Assembly: GCA_016748015.1 (NCBI GenBank)
Contig: JAAOMT010000226.1
Coordinates: 478,604 to 542,603, forward strand
From: Geosiphon pyriformis uo1
Taxonomy: Eukaryota > Fungi > Glomeromycota
Direction: 5' to 3'
DNA: 64,000 bases
Part shown: positions 30,560-43,995 of the stretch, piece by piece
How positions within the stretch are numbered: the stretch's first letter is position 1
Layout: every line of letters starts with the position of its first letter
Made by a program: the position numbers and the translations under genes
The notes under the pieces: model-generated
Told to the model about the DNA's origin: nothing
Databases searched by the model: none
What the model saw: the letters and a program-made list of their open reading frames with translations, nothing else

Positions 30560-31400
30560 TTTATTCGTGCAATTTCACTGAATTTTTTCATTTCTTCGCT
30601 TAATATCTATTCATGGCCAATATCATGAAAAACATGATTAGAGACATTTGGATTTACAAACTGTGTCTTTTTTATCTGAATTTGAAATTGATTTGATTCA
30701 GCAATAAAGCTAGGACATGTATGAGACCTGTATATTTTACTTTTAGAATATCTGATAATATTAAAGAGGTTAGTATGCAATCTCTCAAATTTGATACAGT
30801 TACATGCTGCAATTTCCCAATGCCATTGTGAAAGTGTAGAAAAAATTAATGATTTGAGCATTTTGTTAATTTTTTCAAGTATTGCATCATGGCCTTGATG
30901 TTGATTTAAAAGTTTAGATCAAGAAATTACAATTCTTTTTTGAATCAGCTTACAAACTTCAGACTTTAATCATAGCCATTGTTTTTTATCAGCAATTTTA
31001 ATTAATTAGTAAATAGGATGGCACTGAGCAGACCAAATTAGTACAAACATTTGTCTAGCTGCAAGTCTTAATGAAGACCTATTGAAACAAACTCCAGTGT
31101 GAAAGTTAATAATTGCTTGTAAATAAAAAAAGACTTGTTTATACTTTAACCTGAATATAAGATCTGTTTTATTTTGGGCCCATTCTAAGTAACCTTCAAC
31201 AGATAGATTTTCTTTAGAAACAACATATGGCCATATTAATTTGGAAGCCATTGTATGCCTATATATATTACATATCAAATTCCACAACTTATGATGATCA
31301 GAACATTTTTTAAAAAACTGCAGTTAACTTTTACTCTGATATTCCTAACATTGTGCAAAGTATTTTATATCAATATTCCAATTGATATAGACATTGCTGT
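30560..31400 (-). pseudogene. Captured gene fragment of unknown function inside the pogo element
   Basis: Minus frame, read through stops: INWNIDIKYFAQC..QFFKKCSDHHKLWNLICNIYRH..HQGHDAILEKINKMLKSL..HWEIAACNC. Confidence 0.6.
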
Positions 31401-31767
31401 GTTTGAAAGGCTTAACAACATGACATTGTGCTATCTTCTATGCAATTATGTAAGTATGTGAAGGATCAAATTGACAGCCTTCATTATTGATCATCAGTTA
31501 GGGGTAAGAGGCAAAGAGTGTTGCAAATGCATTATTGAAATTAGGTTTCTTTTTACCGAGAATCTGTCATTTGCATTTAGAATTCTACAGTTGGATTAAA
31601 ATCTTCATTTTTATAATTTGGCCACTTTTTATAATCTGAGACACCTTATATGACATAAGACACCTTACATGTTCGATTAAATATAAGACAAAATGATGTT
31701 TGAGACATAACAGATACATTAACACATTATAAAAGCAAAATGCAATAAAAAGTGTGTTTTTATTAAC

Positions 31768-33327
31768 ATGCCAAAAAATACAAACCAAAAGTAAGCAGCA
31801 ATCTCCTTAAAGACTAAAAAGGCTCTCTGTCAGTACAAATTAAAGCATCCTAACTACTCAGCAAATAGATTTATCAAAATATTTAATCTAAAGATTGATC
31901 ACTCTACTATAACAAAGATACTCACGAAATCAGACCGATGGATTAAAAAAGATGTATCTGGCAACTCTAGTCAATTAACAAAAGACAGAAAAGAGATGTT
32001 TCCAAAGATAAATAATGTACTGAGAAAATGAATGCTTGGAGCACTAGCTACTAACTGCATTCTTACTGGAAAAATTTTACAAACAAAAGCTCTCAAGTTT
32101 GCTAAAAAGTTTCTGAAAAAAAATAACTTTAAAGCATTAGATGGTTGGTTAGAAAAGTTCAAAAAACATCATAATTTGCACCACATTAAGATGTATGATA
32201 AAGCAAACAGTACCTCCTTGGAAATTTTACCAGAGGAACAAGAGAAACTGTGTGAAATTATCAGCAAATATGATCTAAATAATGTTTACAATGCTGATAA
32301 GACAGCATTATTCTTTAGAATGCCACCAAATGCAACTTTGGCAACAAGATCTATCTCTGGCACCAAGTGTAATAAGAGTCAAATTACCATACTTTTTGCT
32401 TATAATACAACAGACAGCATCAAGTTGTAGCCTTTAATTATCAGCAAAGCCACAAAGCCATGATGTTTTCACAATATTAATATAAATGCACTTCCAATCA
32501 CTTATCATTACAATACAAAAACATGGATGCAAACTGATATTTTTAGTAAATGGCTTAATTTATTAAATGAAGAAATGCATTGTAAGAAAAAAAAGATTTT
32601 GCTATTGCTTGATAATGCTGGTCTCCATGGTAGAAAATCTTCCATATTATCTAATATTATGATTAGATACTTACTATCTAATACAACATCTCATTTACAA
32701 TCATTAGATGCAAGAATTATTGCATCTTTTAAGGCACAATATCGAAAGTTGTTTTTTTTCTATTTTATTAATCAGTATAATGACAAGATTTCAATATCAA
32801 CAGTAACATTAAAGAATGTGGTTGACTTTTTAATTGATGTGTGGTTAGCAGTAACAACAACTACAATCCAAAACTGTTGGTGTCATATGGGAATTCTGAA
32901 TAATAGTTAAATGCCAATTCATCTATTAGATATTGAACAAGAACTTTTACAAGAAGTACAAGTTCTTATTGAGCATGTTGATATTGATAAGCTATTGGCA
33001 ATAGACTTCATTAATATTAACAAGTTTGAACCATTATTTACTTATGCCTCAGAAGATGAAATTGTGGATCTTATTAACAACAAGTATAGTTGAAATTCTA
33101 ATGCAAATGAAGATTTAAAAAGTGAAAATAAAGATGAACTTTTGCTTTTGCTATCTACACATCAAGGTAAAATTGCACTTGAAAATACATTGCACTATTG
33201 TGAAGAACAGTATAGTGAAAAAGTTGATTTAGACTTTTTTAAAACTTTGAGAACATTAATTCATAATACTGTTCTCAAAGTTCAAGAAGAGAAAAAACAG
33301 TTGCAAATAGATAGCTTTTTTAAATAA
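31768..33327 (+). pseudogene. pogo transposase (HTH + CENP-B-type HTH + DDE, DD31D spacing)
   Basis: One frame broken only by stops: FKALDGWLEKFKKHH, VYNADKTALF, LLLDNA, HLQSLD. Confidence 0.92.
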
Positions 33328-34986
33328 AATATATATAATTGGTTATTATATTATACATGTGATATATAGATCATGTAATAAGATATTAATCATTTTTTAT
33401 AGTCCTATCTCTCTATAGTTACCACAAATATGCTAACCAAAAGGTGTGATTATAAAGAAAGTTTACTGTATTTATATTAAAAAAAGTATAAAAAAAGTCA
33501 TATCATTGGCTGAAAACAAAAAAATTATTATAAACAACAATATTAAAAAACAAAAAGAGCACTCAAATCAGACTGTGATAATTAAAAAAAATTTTATAAA
33601 TATGCCAAAAAAAATGATCATCACTGTAATATTTAAGTTTAGTTAAATTATGTTAATTAAAATTCAGCTTATTAAAATATAATAAAAAGCTGTGGAAAAG
33701 TTTGCCAAATCAAATTAAGCAAATCAATTGGCTTTAAAATGGTCATTTCTAATTAAAAAAAATTCAGTATATATGGCCAAGACTATAAAAAATTGAGATA
33801 TTTGGATGTTTAAAAATTAATTTAAAACACTTTTGTTTACTTTGCTAGTGAAAAAAACTGCTTATAATTTTGGTGTTTTTGTTAAAAAAACTAATAAAAA
33901 AACATGTATTATTAATAAATCATTTGAGAATGACAATAAAATTTACTGTATTGTTATTAATTTTAAATCAGATAAAATACTGAAATCTGCTTTTTATACA
34001 AAACCAATTTTTGGTAGTGTTAAACTTTCTTGGATCAGATTAAATTTGGTTTATTGTAAAAAGTATGGATGTTTTAAACATATTTTTTTAGAGTATGAAA
34101 TGTTTGATTTTCTTATTTTTTTGTTTATAAAAGTATTTAAAAAGATTGTTTTAAATAAAAATTGTTTTCGGTTAGCCAAATTGTATGCCAAAAAAAATGT
34201 TTTTATCTTTTATTCTGCTGCTTTTGATGACAAGTCATAAGCACAAATAGTCTTGGTAGCTTCTGTTTTTAACAGTTTGTTTTTTGGTTCTGGTTTTGAT
34301 TCTTCTTTTTTTGGTGCTTTGAGTTCTAATAAAAATTTTTTTTTATCTTACCAAATAATTTTTTTTGAATGTTCATTTGGTCTCTTTAAAATGCTTTTTG
34401 AAGCTTTTGACAAATCAAGTATTTAGTATTATAAAAAGATTAAGCTTTGTAAATCTGATATCTTTGGTACTTATTTTTCAATTTTTTTTTTCTATTGTAT
34501 TTGTATTTTTAAACTTAAATTTAAAATTAAATATAGTTCTGGATAACACATATATATTGTTCATTCTCTTTTTTTTAGTTGTAATTGATCAGACTTCTAA
34601 TTTGGGTTTAAGAAAATTAAAGATTCTGATCATTAAAATAAATGGCTTGAAAATGAAAATAATTGCTTTTGAAATTTCTGTTAATTTAGTTTTGGCAAAA
34701 TTAGATTAATTATGTTCTGGTTTAGGCTTTTTAACAATTTAATTATCTTAATAAATAATTTGGTATAAAAATTTGTTACATGTAATGTTCAGAATATCAA
34801 TGTTTCTGCAAAGCAAAAAAACATTGTTTATTAACATACAAGTTTAAGTAATATAATTTCTATTATTATGAAAACAAAATTAAGATCTAGTGTTAAGCCA
34901 TAGATTATAAATAAGTTTGATAGAGTGTAAATTTTCACAACTGGTTTGAATAAAGATTTTCTTAATGCTAAAATAACTGTTATCAT

Positions 34987-36008
34987 TGTTATCTAAGTAA
35001 AAAAAACAAATCCAAAAGATATTAAAAAAACGTAATTAGGAAATATAATAATATGCAAAAAATATAATAACATAAAATAACACAAAATAATATGTTATAA
35101 CTCAAGATAATATAAGATAACACAATAATATAAAATAACACAGAATAACTAGCTATAACATAAAATAACTAGTTACAGTATAAAAAAAATAAAACAACAA
35201 CAAAAATAGTTAGCAAAAGTTAATAATAATAAGTAATTGAAAAACAATCTTATAAAACTAGAAATATGTATAAAAATAAGTAATTTTAGCAGTGAAAAAA
35301 AAACAAAGAGACAGAAAAAATAGTCAAATAAAAAATATATCTTTTATCTATATTTACTAAATTTACTTTACTTATATATCTATATTATTTTAAATAATAA
35401 AAACATTTAAAACCAAAAATCACTTATTTATAATCTTTGAATCTCATGTTTAAACCAAATTACTTATTTTCTTACTTTTATTTTAGTCAAATACTCTTAG
35501 CATAAAAACATCTCAAACAAATAATAACTTGAACCAATTACTTTTGATTATAACAATTAACAATACTAATTTCTTTTTTTAGTTTTATTTTTTATTTTTT
35601 TTTATTTTTTTTTTATTTTTTGTAAAGTGACAATATAAAAAAATTAACTGTCTAAGAATAAACTTTATAATAGTCTGGTAAAAAAAAAAGCTTCTTCTAA
35701 GATTGAATATTAAAATTATCTTGTTAGCTTATTAGAAAAATAAAAAGACAGTGCCAAATCTTAACAACTGTGCTTAACTAGCTCAGAAAAAATAACTTAT
35801 ATATACAAATTACAATACCATGAAACTATATTTTTGTGTTTTATAATCAAAGAACTCTGCAGATAAATTCACATCTATTAAGATATCTTCAAAAATTAAT
35901 AATATTAATATATTATATAAGTCTACAAAAGAAAACTTTTAAGCTTTTCTTACCCAAATTTAGAGCACCAAATATTATTATCATATTCCACCAAGTTTAT
36001 TTGTAATA
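34987..36008 (+). repeat. 5' LTR of Gypsy family C copy C1, with PBS at 36011-36027 and eroded gag 5' region to ~36823
   Basis: TGTTATCT...GTAATA followed by TT-TGGTGCTTTCTGTAAG. Homologous to the split LTR 41854-42185 + 62236-62929. Confidence 0.85.
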
Positions 36009-36823
36009 TTTGGTGCTTTCTGTAAGATTATAAAATTTATAAAGACAAAACATCCCAGAAATTCACAAAAATAGTGACTATTAAAACTATAGAAAAAAAT
36101 TACTTACTATATTAAAAAATATTATTTCAACACTTTAGGAAAGACTTAAGAATACTATTAAAAATTATTACTGTAAAGAGCAATTTTTGTCACTATTTGC
36201 ATGTCAAGATCGACTATTTATTAAGCCAAACAACAGATACAGAAAAACTTGAAGAACAAATTTATCAAAAATTATTAACATATTTAATAGCAACTACCAC
36301 CTAGATTATAGCCAAGATCTTTTATATAATTGATAAAAAAATTGAAAAATACATGACAAAATAATATTCTTAAGTAAAAAAAAAGACAATTAACAAAACC
36401 CAACTCTAAAAAATTCAAGTCCAAATCCAATAATACAACATTTACACAAAAAAAAGCTTGACTTACAGTTAACAAAAAATCAAAATTTTTCTTACTAACT
36501 ACTCCTTTATATTATTAGATACTGAAAAGTAAAATTCTATTTAACTAATTTACAGAAACACAAAAACTTTAAAAACTTCAAAAACTCTATAACAAATATT
36601 TTCAAGATTAAATTATTATTATTTTTCAATTAAATACAAATTTAATTTCTATATTAATAAAAAATTTAATATAATATAAAAAAAACAGTCAACATAAAAA
36701 TTATAAGAACTAATTTTTACAGAATTAATAAAAATACTTTAATTACTATTAATTATATAGCTTTATAACTACATTTGCAGACATTTATTTAACAATTTAC
36801 AAATACATTAAAAAAAATTGCAT

Positions 36824-37863
36824 TGTTATCAGCCGAAATTTGAAATATTATTTAGCATAAAATTATTCTTATAATTTTTATTATTAATTAACTTATATTA
36901 TTATTTTAATTTATTACTTATTATTTTATTAAATTATTCAAATTATTATTTAATTAATAACCCAATTTGTACAAAACACAAATAAAACCAAATTGTAATA
37001 ATTAGATCATATAATATACTAAATTATATAATTTTCAAAATTTGTCAAAATATTTAATAGTTTACTAAAATAATTTATAGTTTACAGAAATAACTTATAG
37101 TTTAATAAAATGTACTTTTAATTACTAAAATATTAAAAAAAAAGTGCTAAATTATAGAATAGTATTATAACAAATTGTATAAAAAAGAGCTTTTTTTTTA
37201 AAAAAAATATATTTTAATTAGAATTTATCTTAATTAAAATTAATATTTTTTTTAATATCTTTTATACAAATTAATTCCAATAAAAATTATTTTAAAAAAC
37301 ATAAAAATTCTTAATTATTTTTATTGTAAAAATTAATTATTCTATACTAATATTTTGAAATTAATTAGCTATTAATTTCAATAACTGTTAATAACTTTCA
37401 AATTCGAATTTAAAATAACTTTCTTAACATATTTTTTTATTTCTTTTTTTTAGTTTATTTTTTTTATTTTTTTTATATTATTAAATAGCTTATATTCAAA
37501 AATTTTTGTAGAAAAATTAATTTTTACAATAATAACTACATATATTTTTAAAGAACTTACAGATAAGATTTTTTTTTAAAAATTAACTTTTACAGCAAAA
37601 TAATTACATATATTTTTAAAGAGCTTATAAATAATTTTTTTTGTAAAAGAATCAACTTTTATCACAAAGTAACTATATAAGTAATTAATACAAAATTGGT
37701 TATTTTATCATAAATTTAATAGTATATATAGTTTAAAATATAAAAAAATACTTTAGAAAAAAAATTAACTTACTAAAGATTTATTAACTTCTATTAACAA
37801 TAAAATTAATAGCAAAATAGCATTAACAACATTCAAAAAATAATAGAAAAATTTCTAATAATA
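36824..37863 (+). repeat. Old LTR related to family A (solo or truncated), plus orientation
   Basis: Aligns end to end with the reverse complement of the A LTRs (TGTTATCAG...TTCTAATAATA). No matching TSD on the right. Confidence 0.75.
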
Positions 37864-38879
37864 CTATTTATTACAAAAAACTTATAATTTAGTCAAAATA
37901 CACAAATATTAATTACAATACCTAAAAGAATAATTCTACTATTATAAAAAATAACTCAAATTAATTCATTATTGAAATTATTATATCATTATATATTTAA
38001 TAATATTATTCAGATTCCATTAAAAACTGTATTTATATTTATATTAAAACCAAAACTTATTTTTTAATATTATCTTAAAAACAATTACTTATTAAGAAAA
38101 TATAAAAAATTTTTTAAAAGATTTTGATCACAATTAGCTATGTCTATTTTATTTTAATCACTATTATCATGATCCAATTTTAGCTATAATCATTAATAAA
38201 ATAAAATAAAATAAAATAAAAATAAAAAAGTTAAGATTAGGAAATAAGAAAAAAAAACATGATTTTAAATTTAACTGTATTCTAAATTCTAGTAATTTAA
38301 ATCTTAGAAATTAATTAAACTCTGATAAATTCGACTATATTAGTAAATACATTACTAGTATTATTTATTTACTTAATATTTACTACTGTTACAGGTTGGA
38401 GTAACAAGCTAACAGATAGCAAGAGAGAACAAAATTGTAGAATAATGAAAGAAATCAAAGAGAATTTAACTTCAAAGAATGAATTGAATGAGTATAAATT
38501 CAATGTGCAAGATCAGTCTTATAAAATATCTTAGTTACTATACTTTTTAAAAGATAACCAGAAATCTGAAGATAGAAAAATAGTCTGTACTGTTAACAAA
38601 TAATCACACACTAGTATAATTCTATGTCTTATATTAGTATACTTAGAATTTAATATCAGGTATCAGATGTACTCTTCAGTCATGTTTTATTCAATAATTT
38701 TCAAATACTACAATTACACATTTTAGGAAAAGGGTAAAGAATAACCAACAAGTGATTTTTTATTCCAAAATGTTTGAATACTTGAAGATAAGTAAAAAAA
38801 AATTTAGTGATAAAAGAAAGATTAAGATAAAAGTTGTTATTTTATTTATTTAATTTCTCTAATTGTTAAATTAAAAAAG

Positions 38880-39960
38880 TTTATTAACAAAAAAAATAAT
38901 GTCTAAATTTAACTAAATAATACTATTATTGTCAATAATTAGAATAATATTAGAGTCTTATAAGTGATTTTATATTTTTTAAGATATGATTGACTTCTAA
39001 TATCAAAGTTTCACTATAAAATTAATGTTATTTAATAATTTTAAGATTATATTTTTACAATATATTAGCAATTAAAATAGTATTATCTAATTATAAGAAT
39101 ATTTTAATATTATTAAACAAAAAAACAATAAAACAGTTATTATTTACTTAAGATTATTTTATTAATACTTATACCAAATTTAAGCAATTAATGTTAACTA
39201 TTAAACAGTACTATAAATTTTAAACCAATTTATTAAAAAATTACACAATAGCATTTTTTAATAAATATATTTATACTATTTAACAGATATTTAAATAGCA
39301 ATTATATTAATCCAAGATTTTAAATTGGTTAAACTCAAAACAAATTATATTCAAATCATAAACTTAGTAATAAACAAATTATCTAAACTAAATATTAAGT
39401 TAAAGCAGCTTAATAATAACATTAATCAAAAATTAGAAAAATACTTAGTTAATATTCAAATTATATATCAATTTCTATAATATTATAATATTATGATTTA
39501 AGAATTTAGCAAAAAAATTATAAAATAATATAAATTATTTAATTATAATATATTACAATAATAATCTTAGAAAAATAATAATTAACATAGTAATAAATAC
39601 TATTTTTCAATAGTAACAAGTATTAACTTGTAATAATAACAAATATTAATTGATAATAATAGCAAATACCAAATTAAAATATCAAAAAAAAGTATTATAA
39701 TATGTTTTTTTGTAAAACTACAAATATATATATTTTTTTAAGATTTAATAAATACTGTTCAACTACTATTTAGAAATTAGGAACAAACTAAGTATTTTAA
39801 TACTAAATATAGTTTATGTGCTTTTTATATATAATTAGCTACTCAAGCCAATTTAAATTATACTATATTAATACTTTAGAAAAAAACTTATCCAAAAAAG
39901 ACATTTTTTAAATAATTTTAAACAATATAGTACTATTACTAATTAATTCAACCAACTATT
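38880..39960 (+). pseudogene. Highly eroded B/D-type gag remnant
   Basis: 39310-39470 aligns with B gag 50755-50915 (RDFEAA..INQKLEGYL). Confidence 0.6.
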
Positions 39961-41853
39961 TAGCTATTTTTAAGGCATTAGTTTTTATACCAACAGGTTC
40001 ATGTTTCCAAAGTGACATTAAATTAGAAAACATATTATTATTAACAGAAAACAAACTTACATAAGGGCTGGATATATTAATGTTCTTATAACTACACTCA
40101 ATTTTTAAAGCAACTATCTCTTATTTTAATTTATCAACAGTTTTGTTAAAAGTACTTAAATATACTAAAACTTCATTGACTTTAAGACTAAAAGTACTAC
40201 TTAAAACCAAATTTCTATTAACAAATTGTTCAAATATAGTGACCAAAAAACCAACTGGCTTAACAATAGAATTAACCAGAACAGAAAACTTGGTCAACTC
40301 AGATTCCAAAAAAATTAACTTAAAGAAACCACAAAATCAACAACTATTGTATTAGCAGGAAAAACTAAATCAACTGAAAGACAAAAAACCAAAAAAAATA
40401 TAGAAACAACAGCTCTAGCATAAAATTTGTTGCCAACAACATGAAAAACAAAAGTCTTGAGAATTTTAAGAGAGAAAAGTAAAGACATTTTACAATTTAA
40501 AACCAAATAATTTGAATCTTGATATTAAAAATAGTGCCAATTTTCAGAAGTTTTTTTACTAAATACAGTATTTTTTCAATGTACTAGTCTTGATAATTAT
40601 AGCATTCAAATCAATCTAAGATCCAAACATAATCAAAACAAACCAAAAATAATAACCAAAATCAAAAAAATGAAAAATAAAACATGTTTGACCACTAATT
40701 TAAGAAATTATATTACTGATTTTAAAAGCAATACAGCCAAATAGAAAGTTAACCAACTTGGTTTTAAACCTATCATAAAATATAATAATCTTATTTTAAT
40801 TTACCAAAAAAAGAATCTTAATACTATTTTTATCTACTAAAACTGGCCAATAATTTAAAGCAAACATAGCAAAGTCCAGTTTCTTAAAATAAATAATTAC
40901 ATATTATTAAACACTAATAAGCTTTAGCACCATATAGACAATCTTACTAAACACATTAAAAGCTGTTTTAATATTAGCAACAGGCATATTCAAAAACACA
41001 TCATATAGCATAACAGCAGCAAAAAGATAACCAAACTCAGAAATTACCAAAAACTTGGCAATTTTAAGAGTGGCTAAACAAACAAAGCTTGTAAGTTTAA
41101 CCAAAAAAACAGTTTTCAAAGATTCTTAAAAAGCAAACTTTACACAAAAAAGCTTTATATTGTTCTTTAATATTGATTTCACATTTAAAAAACCATGTAT
41201 AAACTAAAAAACAGTTTTAACATAAGCCAATTTGATCTTAAAAATAGCACCAAATACCAAAGTAAAAAATATTCATTCAGCAAATCTTTAACAATTAGTA
41301 ATAGTTTTTTAAGTACTATCAATAACAGCATCAGAAACTAGTAAAGAAAATAATTTAGTTTTTATCTAATCAGTCCAGTTCTTAAAAACAGATAATTCTA
41401 TAGAAAATAATTATTTTGCTTTTAAAATCAGCAATGATTTACTAAAGAAGACCATATTTAATAACATAGTCAATGGTTAATTTTGGTCTATCTTAAATAA
41501 TATATTAAATAATACAATAGAGATTTTATCTAAGATCTCATTAAAAATCACAAAAAAGTTTGGTGTAACAATAACAGAGATAAGTAATTGCTCTTATTTT
41601 TTTGAACTTTTGGTTTTATTAACAACATCTGGTATAGAAACTATGAAAAAAAAAACCAGCTTGTTAACTAGTCTGTTATTAAAAAATTTTGGGCTCTTTA
41701 AAGAAGTAGAAAGAACACTAAAACTAATTTAAGTATGTTTTTTTGAGAAAACTTTGACTTGTAAAAAACCAGCCAAAGATAAATAAAATGTTTTAATAGT
41801 TATTAAAAACAGCTTTTCATAATTACTGGATAAAAAAAAGACTTTTAAAATAT
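39960..41853 (-). pseudogene. Degenerate repeat ORF, probably ORF1 of a second LINE family
   Basis: Minus-strand ORF fragments (VFLVKLTSFVCLATLKIAK.., MESELTKFSVLVNS..) in the same compositional style as the other LINE ORF1s. Assignment is from recall. Confidence 0.45.
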
Positions 41854-42185
41854 TGTTATGAGTAAACTTGGTGGGATAGAGAAATGGTAATGTTTAATGC
41901 TCTCAATTATTGGTAATGCATGTTTTATGTAATTCTATTAACTTAGTTTTGATTATTAGTCTTTAAAAGTCTTATTTATTGGTTGTAAATTTACCTATTG
42001 AGTTTTTTGGTTATAAGACACAAAAATTTGGCTTTCGCTAATTACAACTTCTTTAAAAATATGAGCTATCTTTTCTGAGCTAACAAGTGCAGTTATTAGG
42101 ATCTAGCATTGTTTTTTGGCCCTTTTGGTAAGTTAACAAGATAATGTTAATATTTAAAACTTAAGAAGAGCTTTTCTTTTTTACC

Positions 42186-43153
42186 GTTACTGGAGATTTT
42201 TGGTTTTTTTTCTTGAATGTTATTAATGTTGATTTGCTGTGAATTCACGTTTCCAGGAAGTAGTTGGACCTCCAGTAACTGAATTTATCTTCAAATTATC
42301 TCCTATAATTTGAACTACTGGGCTTATAAGTAGAATGGCCAATTTTTTGCCAGTTACTTTATGTAATTACATTATAGTAAATGTCAACTCTTTCCCAAAA
42401 ATTGCTCATCTGGAAGCTCACTAAAAATGCGTAGTTACTTTGCTGTGAAAGTCAACTCTTCTACAGGAATCTCGTCTGTAAACTACCCTAATGATTATGA
42501 TAAAAAATAAAAATAAAAATAAAAGAAATATAAAAGAAATAAAATTTATCAAGGGAAACGTTTTCTATCCAGACCTGGAGTCATTAACAGATTACTGAAA
42601 TTGGTAGCTAATCAATTTCAAAATATTAGTTGTGTTGAGAGAATTTCAAATGTAATAATCAAAGGATTTGGTTTTCAAATATTTAATTTTTATTTGAGAT
42701 ATGTAAAAAGTGATTTGTTCTAATTAAGATACCTAAAATAAGATACTATGGTAAGATATGAGAAGATATATTTTCTTGAAGAGAGAAGCTCTTTTTTTAT
42801 ACAACTTGTTATAGTACTAGTCTTTGAACTTGCACTTTTCTCTTTGCTATAATTTGGGTGAACTAAAGATACATTTTGGCGAATTTACAAGTTATTTCAC
42901 TGAACTATTGATTATTTCGGCAAATTTTCATTAATTTCGGCGAATTTTGACTATGTTAAAAGGTTCAAGGTATTGTGTAATTTGATTATCTTAATTTCTA
43001 GAGTACAAATCGGATTATTGATTGAGTAATGATATTTGATAATTTGATTAAATAATAAGTGATAATCGAATTAATAATAATGTATGCTAATTAATAATAG
43101 GAATTATAAGTGTAATTTCATGCTAATTAATAGCTAAAATTCTACTGGTAACA
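42186..43153 (-). repeat. 3' LTR of A2
   Basis: Direct repeat of 61267-62235; first T missing. Confidence 0.93.
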
Positions 43154-43841
43154 TAATCTCCTCCTCAAGACTGAGCTCTGTCAAAGTCCAAGCACTATCT
43201 GTAATGTTAAGATAGTGGTCCAAGATAATTGAAGTGATTTGGTCTGAAAATTGTTAAAATTTCAGTTCTGTAAGTTTTCCAATGTATTGAACTTTCATTG
43301 GTTGGAGTATTGGATTTTGTAAGACGTTTTTACAAGTGGTGAATAAATCATAGAGTCTAAAAACTGCTCTAAGTTTGTAGTGAGTGTTTGTTGATTCAGC
43401 TGCTGTCTTAAATTCATTGTGAATTTGTTTTTGTATAGCCTCAAGAGTGATGTTGGTTGCTTCAAGTTCCAGTTTTCGTTTGTAAAGTGTTTTTTCAATA
43501 TGAAAATATCTATATATAAGAGTATGTTCATTGTTCTGTTCATTAAGACATAGTAAAAATTTCTGTTAAATTGTGGCATTTGGTGGAATATCAATAGGGG
43601 CAATTAAAAGGTTTTCTTTTAGTGCTTGCTTCAAAAGTTCTGGTAATCTTTTTTCAAAATGACCTCTTGTTTTTCTTCTATAGGGGTGGTAGTTCTGAGA
43701 ATTATTTACTATTGGGGCTGTAGTTTTTTTTTGAATGTAATTAATTTGACTTCCATTAATTGTTATAGATAAGTTAGGAAGTGTTTTCAAAGCTAACATT
43801 AATTTTTGGGATATTTGTTGAATATTTCGGAGAATAATCAT
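43134..43841 (-). pseudogene. A2 ORF3, ~235 aa with two CAA>TAA-type stops, running through the PPT
   Basis: MIILRNIQQISQKL...YKLRAVFRLYDLF...YIGKLTELKF; homologous to ORF3 of B and C2. Confidence 0.8.
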
Positions 43842-43995
43842 GATAAAATTAACTAATTAATGAAAAAGAAGAATAAAGAAAATTATTTTTGGATATGGGG
43901 TTTTATTTGTTTTTGGGTTTGTGTGTTTTTGTAATTTATTTATTATTTTTGTCTTTGTGTATTATTAAAAGGATTATTGTAAAATTATATTGAAT

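Larger units (their letters stand above)
29205..33468 (+). mobile_element. pogo/Tigger-type (Tc1/mariner superfamily) DNA transposon, 4264 bp, with internal cargo
   Basis: Imperfect TIRs CAATGAACTCTCTCTATAGTC / GATTATAAAGAAAGTTTACTG, TA duplication at 29203-29204 and 33469-33470, subterminal TATAGTCAC repeats. Confidence 0.9.
28500..34986 (+). mobile_element. LINE remnant (ORF1 plus start of the ORF2 endonuclease), interrupted by the pogo element and cut by LTR C1
   Basis: Homologous to the reverse complement of 16030-18190. KFVTCNVQNIN and IMKTKLRSS at ~34770-34890. Sequence is continuous across the TA at 29203/33469. Confidence 0.75.

Noticed and set aside
38387-38720. Possible extra small LTR starting TGTTACAGG
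   Set aside because: No convincing matching ..CA terminus, TSD or second copy in the window.
43134-43841. ORF3 as an envelope gene (errantivirus-like)
   Set aside because: Too short, hydrophilic, and lacking a signal peptide, furin site or transmembrane anchor.
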